A program made the position numbers and the translations under genes. The notes below the pieces were generated by a model. The model searched no databases, was not told where the DNA came from, and saw only the letters and a list, made by a program, of their open reading frames with translations. A stretch of DNA of 64,000 nt from Myxococcota bacterium (GTDB lineage Bacteria; Myxococcota_A; UBA9160; UBA6930): positions 1,024,001 through 1,088,000 of the forward strand of contig OZ245002.1 in the NCBI GenBank assembly GCA_965223415.1, in the 5' to 3' direction. Below are positions 19,611 to 29,233 of the stretch, in pieces; position 1 is the first letter of the stretch; every line of letters starts with the position of its first letter.

Positions 19611-20360
19611 TTGACGGATGTCGTGATCTTCCTGGGTGCCCTCTCGATGCTGATCGCGATCCTCGTGGGGAGCGCCATCGGCTGGCGATTGGTCCGGGTG
19701 GCTCGCCACACCGGGGGCAGCTCCGAAGCGATCCTGGGCCGCGCCTTCATTGCCATCTTCGGGCTCACCTATCCGCTGATCATCGTGAGCCGCCTGCCGG
19801 GCATGCCGACGACCCTGCTCGGCAAGGTGCTCTTCGGCCTCGCCCTGCTGCCGGTGGTCTTCGGGCTGGGCAGCTTCTACGTCTTCACGCGCCGCGTGTT
19901 CCGACCGCACTCGGCATGGGCGCGGGCGTTCTTGTGGCTCGCCAGCCTGGCCGCGCTTGGTGTCCTGGCGGGCTCCCTGCTGACCATCCACGGCGCTCCG
20001 GATCGGGAGGCCCTGATCGCGGCCACGCGCCCGTGGGCCCTCGCCATTCTCCTGCTCGCCGCGGTGCCCTTCGTGTGGACCGCCGCCGAGTCCCTCGCCT
20101 GGTATGCGCGCATGCGGCGGAGGGCGATCGTCGGCCTGGCGGATCCGCTCACCACGAATCGCTTCCTGCTCTGGGGCCTGGCGGCCATCGCCGCCGTGAG
20201 CCAGGTGGCCGTCATGGCTGCCTTCCGGGTGGCGGGCTGGGCTGTCATGGACGCGCTGCCCATGACCGTGAGCTGCGGCACCACGCTGCTGACCCTGGGC
20301 CTCTGGTACCTGGCCTTCATCCCTCCGGCCTGGTACCGCAGGAGGCTCGGAGCGACCTAA
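19611..20360 (+). CDS. Hypothetical multi-pass membrane protein
   Basis: About 7 hydrophobic segments ending YLAFIPPAWYRRRL; TTG start at 19611 assumed. Confidence 0.7.
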   Translation: MTDVVIFLGALSMLIAILVGSAIGWRLVRVARHTGGSSEAILGRAFIAIFGLTYPLIIVSRLPGMPTTLLGKVLFGLALLPVVFGLGSFYVFTRRVFRPHSAWARAFLWLASLAALGVLAGSLLTIHGAPDREALIAATRPWALAILLLAAVPFVWTAAESLAWYARMRRRAIVGLADPLTTNRFLLWGLAAIAAVSQVAVMAAFRVAGWAVMDALPMTVSCGTTLLTLGLWYLAFIPPAWYRRRLGAT

Positions 20361-20409
20361 CGAAGCGGGGAAGTTGCGCGTGGTGCCGGCGCCGGCGTAC
20401 GCTGCGCGC

Positions 20410-20913
20410 ATGCTTGAGCGCCTCCTTCCCCGACTCGTCGACGACTCGTACCGCGGGCACCCCCTGGCCCTCTGGGCGTTCGTGCCCATCACGTTGATGA
20501 CGCTCTGGCGGAGCCTCACCCACATGTTCCGGGCCGACGGCGGTGCCCAGTCCATCGCGACGATTCCCCTCGACACCTACCCCGAGGCAGCCGCGACGGC
20601 AGTCGTCGTGATCTTCTCCTTGTGGGGGCTGCAGCAGCTGCTCCTGGGCTTCGTCTACGGCCTCGTGCTCCTGCGCTACAAGGCGCTCCTGCCCTTGATG
20701 TACCTGCTGCTCGTTTTGGAGTACGTCGGACGTCTGGGCCTGGGAGTCTGGAAAGGACCGATCGAGACGATCTCCACGCCGCCGGGGGCGCGGCTGAACC
20801 TCGTCATGGTCGTGGCCGGAAGCGCGCTCCTGGCGCTCTCCCTTCGCGACCACCGGCGAGCCCCCGAGCCGGTTCCGGACGCGGCGGCGACGGCGAGCGA
20901 AGCCCGGACCTGA
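20410..20913 (+). CDS. Hypothetical 4-TM membrane protein
   Basis: Hydrophobic segments with DGGAQSIATIPL loop; host-like codon usage. Confidence 0.7.
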   Translation: MLERLLPRLVDDSYRGHPLALWAFVPITLMTLWRSLTHMFRADGGAQSIATIPLDTYPEAAATAVVVIFSLWGLQQLLLGFVYGLVLLRYKALLPLMYLLLVLEYVGRLGLGVWKGPIETISTPPGARLNLVMVVAGSALLALSLRDHRRAPEPVPDAAATASEART

Positions 20914-20937
20914 CGAGAGGCACGGGCGGCGCCGCGA

Positions 20938-22275
20938 TCACACCTCCGGCGTCGAGAAGAGCCGCCCGCCCCGCTTCGTCACCCGGCAGCCGCGAAGCAG
21001 CCCGTCGAGCTCCAGCAGCTCGGGGCCACGAGGGAAGGGCTCGAGCAGCTTCAGGGCGGCGTCCCGGCCGGCGGGATCGGCGGTGCATTCCCCGAGCACG
21101 CGCGCCAGCCGACCCAGCATCCAGACCTGGTAGGGCATGACCATGCGCCGCGAGGTCACGCCGCCGATCTGGAACTCGTGGGTCAACGCGCCGTCGCCGG
21201 TCTGGTGCTCCAGGAAGCCGGGAGTGGCCATGAAGCTGCCGCCGGGAAGCGGATCGCCGGGGGTGTGGGCCTCGCTCGCGATGAAGTCGGCGAGCACCCG
21301 GGTGCTGCTCACCAGGACGGGCCACATCTCCTCGAAGAAGACACCCAGCAGGGGAAGCAGCGTGTCCGAAACCGCGTCGTCCGGGAGCCACTCGCCGCCG
21401 TCGCTGGTGGCGGGTCGCCCGACCAGGCCACCGTCCTCGCCGAGCGAGTAGAGCTTCTGTCCCCACTGGCGCGCGTTGAGGGCGCCCTCTCCGTTGGCGC
21501 GCTCGACCCACTCGGCGGTGATCGGGAAGTGCGTGCGGAGCGCGAAGCCCGAAACCGCGTCGCGGTAGATGTGGGCGTAGAGGGGACCGAGCAGCGCGAA
21601 ATCCGCGAGCCCGGGCCGCCCGCCGAACACGTAGTCGTGGCGGGCGAAATGGGTCTCCAGCAGGCCGAGCACACGGTGCTGACTCGCCTGCCAGGCGGCC
21701 TCGGTGCGCTCGTCGCAGCCCAGGTGCACGAGGCCGGCGTAGGTGCCCTTCGGATCCGTGCGGGTGTGCGAGATGCCCATCAGGTCCTCGAACAGGGCGG
21801 CTCCCGCGGCCCGCCGCACCTCGCCGAGCTGGCCCGGCGCCGCCACGGCGCCCCACTGCTGCTCGTTGTGGCCGCGATGGCTCAGCGCCCGCCCGTTTTC
21901 GCTGAAGTACCAGCGCCCCCAGAATGCGGGGACGAGCATCCACTCGTCGGCGAAGAGCTCGAGCAGGTAGGACGCGAGGCACTGGCGCGGCGAGGCCCCG
22001 GGGTCGGGCACGACCGGAACCTGCGGATTCTGCGCTTCGCAGTAGTCGATGATCTCGCTCGTGTCCTGCACCCAGGTTCCGTCCGGCGCCTCGAGCTGCG
22101 GCACGGCGTTCGAGCCGGAACGCGGCAAGAGGAAGCCCGCGATCAGCTCCGGCGTGGCGAGGACGTCCTCCCAGCCGGCGGCCAGCGAGCCTGCGCGCTC
22201 CTTGAAGCGGAGATAGGCGCGGGCCTTCCCGGAGAAGTAGCTGTGCTCCCAGGAGAAGAGGCGATAGGTCCCCAT
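20938..22275 (-). CDS. Glutathione S-transferase family protein
   Basis: SYFSGKARAYLRFK, VPQLE...QDTSEII, YVFGGRPGLADFA; ATG overlaps the upstream stop. Confidence 0.85.
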   Translation of the reverse strand: MGTYRLFSWEHSYFSGKARAYLRFKERAGSLAAGWEDVLATPELIAGFLLPRSGSNAVPQLEAPDGTWVQDTSEIIDYCEAQNPQVPVVPDPGASPRQCLASYLLELFADEWMLVPAFWGRWYFSENGRALSHRGHNEQQWGAVAAPGQLGEVRRAAGAALFEDLMGISHTRTDPKGTYAGLVHLGCDERTEAAWQASQHRVLGLLETHFARHDYVFGGRPGLADFALLGPLYAHIYRDAVSGFALRTHFPITAEWVERANGEGALNARQWGQKLYSLGEDGGLVGRPATSDGGEWLPDDAVSDTLLPLLGVFFEEMWPVLVSSTRVLADFIASEAHTPGDPLPGGSFMATPGFLEHQTGDGALTHEFQIGGVTSRRMVMPYQVWMLGRLARVLGECTADPAGRDAALKLLEPFPRGPELLELDGLLRGCRVTKRGGRLFSTPEV

Positions 22276-23216
22276 CAGGCCGACAGGTAGCCCTTCGCCA
22301 GCTGCTCGATCGTCTCGCTGAACTCGCGCACGGTCCGCTCGATCACGTCGGCGACGGGAAGCGCCTCCTCGATCCGCCCGGCCACCTGGCCGGTGAGCGC
22401 GACCCCGGCCTCGAGATCGCCTTCGAAGTACACCTGGTGTTGGCCTCCCGCCAGCGACGCCATGGCGTGGCCCTCGCCGGCCTCGAGCCGGTCGGTGCGG
22501 GCGGTGCGCAGTGCGCGCAGGGCGGGAGCGCCTTCCGGCTTCAGCACTACCGTGCCCGTCTCCTCGGCCTGCACGATGGCGTTCTTCCAGTTCTCGTGCA
22601 CCGGGCTCTCGAGGGCCGAGACCATCCGGGTGCCCATCTGCACGCCCTCGGCGCCGAGGGCGAAGGCCGCCGCCATGCTGGCACCGTCGCAGATGCCGCC
22701 GGCGGCGATGATCGGCACTTCGACCCTGGAGCGCACCAGGGGCAGGAGCACCATGGTCGCCACCTCTCGGGGGTTCTTGAAGCCTCCCCCTTCTCCGCCC
22801 TCGACGATCAGGCCGTCGACGCCGGCGTCCACCGCCTTCAGGGCGGCGCGCAGGGTCGGAACAACGTGGAAGACCGTGAGTCCGGCGTCCTTGAGCTGGC
22901 GGGTGTACTTGGTCGGGCTCCCGGCCGAGGTCGTGGCCACCTTCACGCCCTGCTCGATCACGAAGTCCGCGATCGCCGGATCGCGCACGAAGGCCTGGGC
23001 AATGTTGACGCAGAAAGGCGCGTCGGTGAGCTCCTTCATCTTGCGGATTTCGTCGCGAATCGCGTCGAGCTCTCCGGAGGAGGTCTCGATCATGCCCAGG
23101 GCGCCGGCCCGGGAGACCGCCGAGGCGAGCTGGGAGCGGGCGATCCAGCCCATCGGCGCCTGGACGATGGGGATGTCGACGCCGAGCATGCGGGTCACGC
23201 GGTTTTCGAACTGCAC
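22275..23216 (-). CDS. Nitronate monooxygenase / enoyl-ACP reductase FabK-like
   Basis: PIVQAPMGW, EGGEGGG, IAAGGICDG, GVQMGTR, GQVAG. Confidence 0.9.
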   Translation of the reverse strand: MQFENRVTRMLGVDIPIVQAPMGWIARSQLASAVSRAGALGMIETSSGELDAIRDEIRKMKELTDAPFCVNIAQAFVRDPAIADFVIEQGVKVATTSAGSPTKYTRQLKDAGLTVFHVVPTLRAALKAVDAGVDGLIVEGGEGGGFKNPREVATMVLLPLVRSRVEVPIIAAGGICDGASMAAAFALGAEGVQMGTRMVSALESPVHENWKNAIVQAEETGTVVLKPEGAPALRALRTARTDRLEAGEGHAMASLAGGQHQVYFEGDLEAGVALTGQVAGRIEEALPVADVIERTVREFSETIEQLAKGYLSA

Positions 23217-23231
23217 GGTTCCTCCTCGGGA

Positions 23232-24794
23232 TCAGGGTCGCATGCCGCGGGCCTTGGGCCCGCGCGGCGCCTGGGAAACGATCTCGTAAGCGCGTCTGGC
23301 GAACTCGACCAGGAGCGGCCGGGTGTCGCGGGGGTCGATCAGCTCCTCGACGCCGAAGGCCTCCGCGGTGAGGATCGGATCGCGCAGGGAGGCGAGCCGC
23401 TCTTCGAGCTCGCGGCGCGTGGCGTCCGGATCCGGCGACGCGGCGATCACCCGCTTGTAGGCGGCCTCCACACCACCTTCGATCGGCAGCGAGCCCCACT
23501 CGCCGGAGGGCCAGGCGTAGCGCGTGCTGCCGCGGGTGTGGTTGGAGTGGCCAGCCCCGGCGACGCCGTACGCCTTGCGCACGATGATCGAGCACCAAGG
23601 CACGCTGGCCTGGAACACTGCGCCCAGGGCACGCACGCCCTTGCGGATCGTCCCGCGCTTCTCTGCCTCGGTGCCGACCAGGAAGCCCGGGTTGTCGACG
23701 AAGTTCACGACCGGCAGGTGGAAGGTGTCGCAGAGGTCGACGAAGCGCTCCATCTTCTCGCCCGCCTCGGCGTCGATGGCGCCGGCGGCGAAGCGGCAAT
23801 CGTTGGCCATCACGCCGATCGGAACGCCGTCGATCCGCGCGAGACCGGTGACGAGGGAGCGGCCGAAGTAGGCGCCCATCTCGAAGAAGGTGTCCCGGTC
23901 GAGCACGAGGCCCAGGAGCTTGCGCATGTCGTAGACCTTGCGGCGATCTCGGGGCACGAAGGCGAGCAGCGCCTCCTCCCGGCGCTCCGGGTCGTCACCG
24001 GGCTCGGCGCGCGGCGGGAGCTCCCAGACGGAGGTCGGCAGGTAGGAGAGGAAGCGGCGGATCTCCTCGAAGGCCCCGTCCTCCGTCTCCACCTCGTTGT
24101 CGACGGCGCCGCTCCCGCGGGCGTGGATGTGGGAGCCGCCGAGCTCCTCCTTGCCCACCTCCTTGCCGAAGGCCCGGGCCACCACCGGTGGCCCGGCGAC
24201 GAAGAGCTGACTCGTCCCGCGGACCATCACCGAGAAGTGCGATGCGGCCACGCGGGCGGCGCCGAGGCCCGCCACGGGACCTAGCGAAGCCGCGACCACG
24301 GGCACCTCCGAGAGCATCTGCACAGCGACGTCCCAGCCCGGGTTCGCCGGCACGTAGGAGCGCTTGATCTCGTCGTTGGTCTTGACGCTGCCGCCGCCGC
24401 CGGTGCCGTCCACCAGGCGGATGACCGGCACGCGCAGCTCCTGGGCGGTCTTCTCGCTCCAGCCCATCTTGTTGCCGACGGCCCCGTCCGCCGCGCCGCC
24501 GCGCACGGTGAAGTCGTCACAGCCGATCACCACGGGCCGGCCGTCCAAGGTCCCGCGCCCGGTGACGAAGTTCGACGGGGTGTAGCGCTCGATCCGGCCC
24601 TGCTCGTCGTACTCCACCTTGCCGGCGAGGCTTCCCACCTCGCGGAACGACCCCTCGTCGAGGAGACGCGCGACGCGCTCGCGCACGGGCAGCCGGCCCG
24701 CCTCGACGTGGCGGGCGACGCGCTCCTCTCCCCCCATCCGGTCCGCCAGGGCCTTGCGGCGGGCGATCTCGTCGAGCTCGGGCTTCCAGCTCAC
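23232..24794 (-). CDS. Acyl-CoA carboxylase carboxyltransferase subunit
   Basis: MGGEERVARH, DDFTVRGGAADG, VDNPGF, AEAFGVEELIDPRDTR; GTG start at 24794. Confidence 0.9.
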   Translation of the reverse strand: MSWKPELDEIARRKALADRMGGEERVARHVEAGRLPVRERVARLLDEGSFREVGSLAGKVEYDEQGRIERYTPSNFVTGRGTLDGRPVVIGCDDFTVRGGAADGAVGNKMGWSEKTAQELRVPVIRLVDGTGGGGSVKTNDEIKRSYVPANPGWDVAVQMLSEVPVVAASLGPVAGLGAARVAASHFSVMVRGTSQLFVAGPPVVARAFGKEVGKEELGGSHIHARGSGAVDNEVETEDGAFEEIRRFLSYLPTSVWELPPRAEPGDDPERREEALLAFVPRDRRKVYDMRKLLGLVLDRDTFFEMGAYFGRSLVTGLARIDGVPIGVMANDCRFAAGAIDAEAGEKMERFVDLCDTFHLPVVNFVDNPGFLVGTEAEKRGTIRKGVRALGAVFQASVPWCSIIVRKAYGVAGAGHSNHTRGSTRYAWPSGEWGSLPIEGGVEAAYKRVIAASPDPDATRRELEERLASLRDPILTAEAFGVEELIDPRDTRPLLVEFARRAYEIVSQAPRGPKARGMRP

Positions 24795-24905
24795 GCGACG
24801 ATGGACTCCGCGGGTACGGGTTAATGGCACAAAGTATGTCACAAAACGAGGCGGCGGCGCAGAAATGGGGCCAGGAGTAGAGTGTCGCGCCTGGAGGAAG
24901 CCGAC

Positions 24906-26114
24906 ATGACCGACCTCGAGGCCTTCCGGGCCGAAGTCCGCACCTGGCTCGACGAGAGCTTCCCCAAGTCCCTCGCCGGGCGTGCCGCGGAGATCCTGGG
25001 AGGCGAGACGATCGCCGCATCCGAGGACGATGCCCACACCTGGGCGAAGCGCCTCGGCGAGAAGGGATGGGGCACGCCGACCTGGCCCGCCGAGTACGGA
25101 GGCGGCGGCCTGAGCCAGCTCGAGGCCCAGGTGCTGGGCCAGGAGCTCGACCGGATCGGCGCCTTCAACCCGCTCGCGCGGACGACCGGCATGGGCATCA
25201 CGATGGTCGGCCCGACGATCCTCGAGTACGGCACCGAGGACCAGAAGCAGCGGCACATCCCGAAGATTTGCCGCGGCGAGGTGTTCTGGTCCCTGGGCTA
25301 CTCGGAGCCGAACGCGGGCTCGGACCTGGCCTCCCTCCAGACCCGCGCCAAGGACAAGGGCGACCACTGGCTCGTCAACGGTCAGAAGACCTGGACCTCC
25401 GGCGCCGACGTCTCGGACTGGTGCGGCGTGCTGGTGCGGACCGATCCCGGCGCCCCGAAGCGCGACGGCATCAGCTTCCTGATGATCGACATGCACCAGC
25501 CCGGCATCGAGACGCGGCCCATCCGGCTGATCGCCGGTGCGTCCCCGTTCTGCGAGACCTTCTTCAACGACGCACGGGCCGAGAAGAACGAGATGCTGGG
25601 CGATCTCAACGCCGGCTGGACCGTCGGCAAGCGCCTCCTCCAGCACGAGCGCCAGAGCCAGACCGGGGCGTCCTCGGGCCTCGGCGGCGGCCAGCGCCGA
25701 TCGCTTCGCGAGATCGTCAAGGAGTACGTGGGCGTCGACGAGGCGGGCCGCCTGGCCGACGCCGACCTGCGCGGACGCCTCGCCGACCACATGATGAACG
25801 CCCGCGCCCACGCCCTCACGATCGCGCGGGTGACGGCCGAGGCCCGCGGCAACGCCCAGGTGAGCGCGGCGGCGTCGATCCTGAAGAACGCCGCATCCCT
25901 CGTCGCCCAGAAGCGCGCCGAGCTGCTGGTCGAGGTGATGGGCCACCAAGGCCTCGGCTGGGAGGGCGACGGCTACTCCGCCTACGAGCTCGAAACGGTG
26001 CGCGGCTGGCTCAGCGGCAAGGCCATGTCGATCTACGGCGGCTCCTTCGAGATCCAGAACAACATCATCGCGAAGAACATCCTCGGCCTGCCCGAGAACA
26101 CCCAGCGGGGCTGA
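24906..26114 (+). CDS. Acyl-CoA dehydrogenase
   Basis: GYSEPNAGSDLASL, NGQKTWTS, SIYGGSFEIQNNII; GGAGG RBS. Confidence 0.93.
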   Translation: MTDLEAFRAEVRTWLDESFPKSLAGRAAEILGGETIAASEDDAHTWAKRLGEKGWGTPTWPAEYGGGGLSQLEAQVLGQELDRIGAFNPLARTTGMGITMVGPTILEYGTEDQKQRHIPKICRGEVFWSLGYSEPNAGSDLASLQTRAKDKGDHWLVNGQKTWTSGADVSDWCGVLVRTDPGAPKRDGISFLMIDMHQPGIETRPIRLIAGASPFCETFFNDARAEKNEMLGDLNAGWTVGKRLLQHERQSQTGASSGLGGGQRRSLREIVKEYVGVDEAGRLADADLRGRLADHMMNARAHALTIARVTAEARGNAQVSAAASILKNAASLVAQKRAELLVEVMGHQGLGWEGDGYSAYELETVRGWLSGKAMSIYGGSFEIQNNIIAKNILGLPENTQRG

Positions 26115-26120
26115 AGCGAC

Positions 26121-27257
26121 ATGGCTGCACTGACCGAAGAGCAGGAGCTCCTGAAGGAGCAGGCGAAGTCCTGGGCCCGCGACGAAGCGCCGGTGGCCAA
26201 GTTCCGCGAGATGCGCGACGGCGGGAACGAACACAGCTTCGACAAGGCCACCTGGGAGAGCATCCGCGAGATGGGCTGGGCCGGGATCGTCGTCCCCGAG
26301 GCCTACGGCGGCGTCGACATGGGCTACCTGACCTTCGGCGTGGTGCTGGAGGAGCTCGGGCGCCAGCTGACCGCGTCCCCGCTCCTGGCCTCGGGCCTGA
26401 TCGGTGCGACGGCCCTCGCTCTCGGCGGCAGCGAGGAGCAGAAGCAGGCCTGGCTCCCGCGCATCGCGGAAGGGAGCGTCGTCGTCACCCTGGCCGTCGA
26501 AGAGGGGGCGCGCCACGCCCCGGACCGGACCGCGCTCCGCGCCGAGAAGAGCGACGGCGGCTTCCGACTGAGCGGCCGGAAGGTCCACGTCCTCGAAGGC
26601 ACCGCCGCCGACGCCTTCGTCGTGACGGCCCGCACGGGCGGGGCGCCGGGCGACGAGAACGGCCTCAGCCTCTTCCTGGTCGAGGGCGACGCGCAGGGGT
26701 TGACTCGCCAACGCCTCGCCACGGCCGACAGCCGGGGCTACGCGAACCTGGGCTTCGACGCCACGCCGGTCCCGGTCGACGGGCTGATCGGCACCCTGGA
26801 TGGGGGCGCCCCGCTGCTCCACGCCATCCTGGATCGCGGGCGAGCCGGCCTCGCGGCCGAGATGCTGGGCGTGGCCGGCCAGGCCTTCGACATGACCCTC
26901 GACTACCTGAAGAACCGCATCCAGTTCGGCCAGGTGATCGGCTCCTTTCAGGCGCTCGGCCACCGCGCGGCCGGCCTCTTCACCGAGATGGAGATGGCGC
27001 GCTCCTGCGCCGAGGCGGCCCTCCAGGCCCTCGACGCGGGCGACGACGACGCAGCAACGCTCTGCTCCCTCTCGAAGGCCAAGGTGGGCGACTTCCTCCA
27101 CCACATGTCGAACGAGCTGATCCAGATCCACGGCGGCATCGGCATGACGGACGAGTTCGACGCGGGCCTGTACCTGAAGCGCGCCCGGGCGCTGGAGGCC
27201 ACCTTCGGCAACCAGGCCTTCCACCGGGATCGCTATGCGACGCTGATGGGCTTCTGA
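26121..27257 (+). CDS. Acyl-CoA dehydrogenase (partner subunit)
   Basis: RIQFGQVIGSFQALGH, QIHGGIGMTDE. Confidence 0.92.
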   Translation: MAALTEEQELLKEQAKSWARDEAPVAKFREMRDGGNEHSFDKATWESIREMGWAGIVVPEAYGGVDMGYLTFGVVLEELGRQLTASPLLASGLIGATALALGGSEEQKQAWLPRIAEGSVVVTLAVEEGARHAPDRTALRAEKSDGGFRLSGRKVHVLEGTAADAFVVTARTGGAPGDENGLSLFLVEGDAQGLTRQRLATADSRGYANLGFDATPVPVDGLIGTLDGGAPLLHAILDRGRAGLAAEMLGVAGQAFDMTLDYLKNRIQFGQVIGSFQALGHRAAGLFTEMEMARSCAEAALQALDAGDDDAATLCSLSKAKVGDFLHHMSNELIQIHGGIGMTDEFDAGLYLKRARALEATFGNQAFHRDRYATLMGF

Positions 27258-27967
27258 TGCTCGTCACGCGGCAGGACGGCGGCGGTGTCACGACCCTGAC
27301 CCTGAACCGTCCCGAGAAGCTCAACGCGATCACGATCCCGTTGATGATCGAGCTTCGAGAACACCTGGACGCCATCGCCGGCGACGAAGGCATCGGCTGT
27401 GTCGTGCTCACCGGGGCGGGACGCTCCTTCTGCGCGGGCCACGACCTCGAGTCCATCGCCAGCGGCGAGCGGCCGCCCACCCGTCACTTCGAATCGGAGA
27501 CCGTGGACGCCCTGGAGCAGCTCCCGCAGCCGACGATCGCGAAGATCCGCGGGCACTGCCTGACCGGCGGCCTCGAGCTGGCGCTCGGCTGCGACCTGCT
27601 GGTCGCCGCCGATTCGGCCACTCTCGGCGACACCCACGGCCAGTGGGGCCTCGTGCCGGTCTGGGGCATGTCGGTCCGGCTGCCCGAGCGCATCGGCCTC
27701 TCGCGCGCCAAGGAGCTCTGCTTCACGAGTCGGCGGATCCCGGGGGAGCAGGCCGCTGCGATCGGTCTCGTGGATCGGGTCTGCCCCGAGTCCGAGCTCG
27801 ACGCCACGGTCCTGGAGCTTGCCCGCGAGATCGCCGCGAACTCCCGGGGCACGAACCGCATCGTCAAGCGCCTCATGCGAACCCACGCCGACGGCCCGCG
27901 GACCCTCGCCCTGGCCTACGAGCGCCAGACCCCCTTCGGGATCCGGAGGACCGCAAGGAACGGATGA
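27257..27967 (+). CDS. Enoyl-CoA hydratase/isomerase (possible 1-nt frameshift near 3' end)
   Basis: TLNRPEKLNA, FCAGHDL, TGGLELALGCD; an alternative frame continues PEDRKERM to 27996. Confidence 0.87.
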   Translation: MLVTRQDGGGVTTLTLNRPEKLNAITIPLMIELREHLDAIAGDEGIGCVVLTGAGRSFCAGHDLESIASGERPPTRHFESETVDALEQLPQPTIAKIRGHCLTGGLELALGCDLLVAADSATLGDTHGQWGLVPVWGMSVRLPERIGLSRAKELCFTSRRIPGEQAAAIGLVDRVCPESELDATVLELAREIAANSRGTNRIVKRLMRTHADGPRTLALAYERQTPFGIRRTARNG

Positions 27968-28061
27968 GCCGCCGGCCGAGTCGGAAGAAGGCATGACCGG
28001 CACCGGGACCTTGCCGGCCGGAACGGCGCCGCTCGGATAGGATTGCCCCGGGAGATCCGCC

Positions 28062-29213
28062 ATGAACCCCGATCCCGTCGCCGCGGCCCGCGCCCTCCAA
28101 CCCCTGGTCCGGGAGGCGGCGGACGAAGCCGAGCGGGAGCGACGGCTCCCGGCCCGGGTCGCCGAGGCCATGGCCAAGGCCGGGCTCTATCGGGTCGGCG
28201 CGCCGCGCGCCTTCGGGGGCGGCGCGCAGGACCCGGCGACACAGATCCGGGTGATCGAGGCCATCTCCGAGGCCGACGGCTCCGCCGGCTGGAACCTGAT
28301 GATCGGCATCGAGAGCTTCGGGCTCACGTCGATCGGCTTCCCGCGCGGCGCCACGCTCTTCGCCGACCCGGAGACGATCCTCGCCGGGTCCACCGCCGCG
28401 GTCGGCCGCGCCGAGGCGACCGCGGGTGGCTATCGCGTCAGCGGCCGCTGGCAGTTCGCGAGCGGCGTGCACAACTGCCACTTCTTTTCCGCCCTGGCGG
28501 CGATCCATGACGAGGGCAAGCCGAGAGAGGGCACCCTGCCCGGCTTCATGATCATGGCCCGCTCCGACATCGAGATCGTCGACAACTGGAACGTCAGCGG
28601 GATGCGCGGATCCGGCTCCCATGACGTGATCATCGACGACGCCTTCGTCCCGGAGGAGAACGCGGTAGCCTTCCTGGGCGTCACCGCCGCTCCGTCCGAC
28701 GCCCCCATCACTCGTTTCCCGCGCGGCTCCCGCCTCTCCTACAACAAGGTCGGCGTCGCCCTCGGGGTCGCCAGGGCCGCCATCGACGATTTCGTCGCCA
28801 TCGCGAAGGGCAAGGTGCCGCGCTTCTCGAGCGCGACCCTGCGCGAGCGACCCCTGGCCCAGGAGGCGGTGGCGGCGGCCGAAGCCCGGCTGCGCGGCGC
28901 ACGTGCCTTCGTGATGGAGGCGGTGACCGAGGTCTGGGACGCCGTCGTGGACGGCGATCGGCCCAGCGACGAGCAGCGCGCCCTGCTCCAGATCGCCTGC
29001 TCCGACGCCGTTCGCGCCAGCGCCGAGGCCGTCGATCGGGTGGCAGAGGCCGCCGGCACGACGGCGAACTTCCTCGACTCGCCCCTCGAGCGCCGCGCCC
29101 GCGACGTACGGGTGGTGCGCCAGCACATGACCGTGGCGCCCCACCACCTGGGCGACGCGGGGCGCGTTCTGCTGGGCCTGCCGCCCCAGGGCGTCATGCT
29201 GAACATGGTCTAG
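28062..29213 (+). CDS. Flavin-dependent monooxygenase oxygenase component (acyl-CoA dehydrogenase fold, HsaA-like)
   Basis: ADGSAGWN, VSGRWQFASG, WNVSGMRGSGSHD, PLERRARD. Confidence 0.85.
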   Translation: MNPDPVAAARALQPLVREAADEAERERRLPARVAEAMAKAGLYRVGAPRAFGGGAQDPATQIRVIEAISEADGSAGWNLMIGIESFGLTSIGFPRGATLFADPETILAGSTAAVGRAEATAGGYRVSGRWQFASGVHNCHFFSALAAIHDEGKPREGTLPGFMIMARSDIEIVDNWNVSGMRGSGSHDVIIDDAFVPEENAVAFLGVTAAPSDAPITRFPRGSRLSYNKVGVALGVARAAIDDFVAIAKGKVPRFSSATLRERPLAQEAVAAAEARLRGARAFVMEAVTEVWDAVVDGDRPSDEQRALLQIACSDAVRASAEAVDRVAEAAGTTANFLDSPLERRARDVRVVRQHMTVAPHHLGDAGRVLLGLPPQGVMLNMV

Positions 29214-29233
29214 GCAGGAAGGGCCGGGCTTCG

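Noticed and set aside
24825..24842. TGGCAC as a sigma-54 promoter
   Set aside because: The -12 element reads ATGT, lacking the invariant GC.
27935..27996. Programmed frameshift at the end of the enoyl-CoA hydratase
   Set aside because: No slippery site; a single missing C (ATCCGG vs ATCCCGG) is more simply a mutation or sequencing error affecting only the tail.
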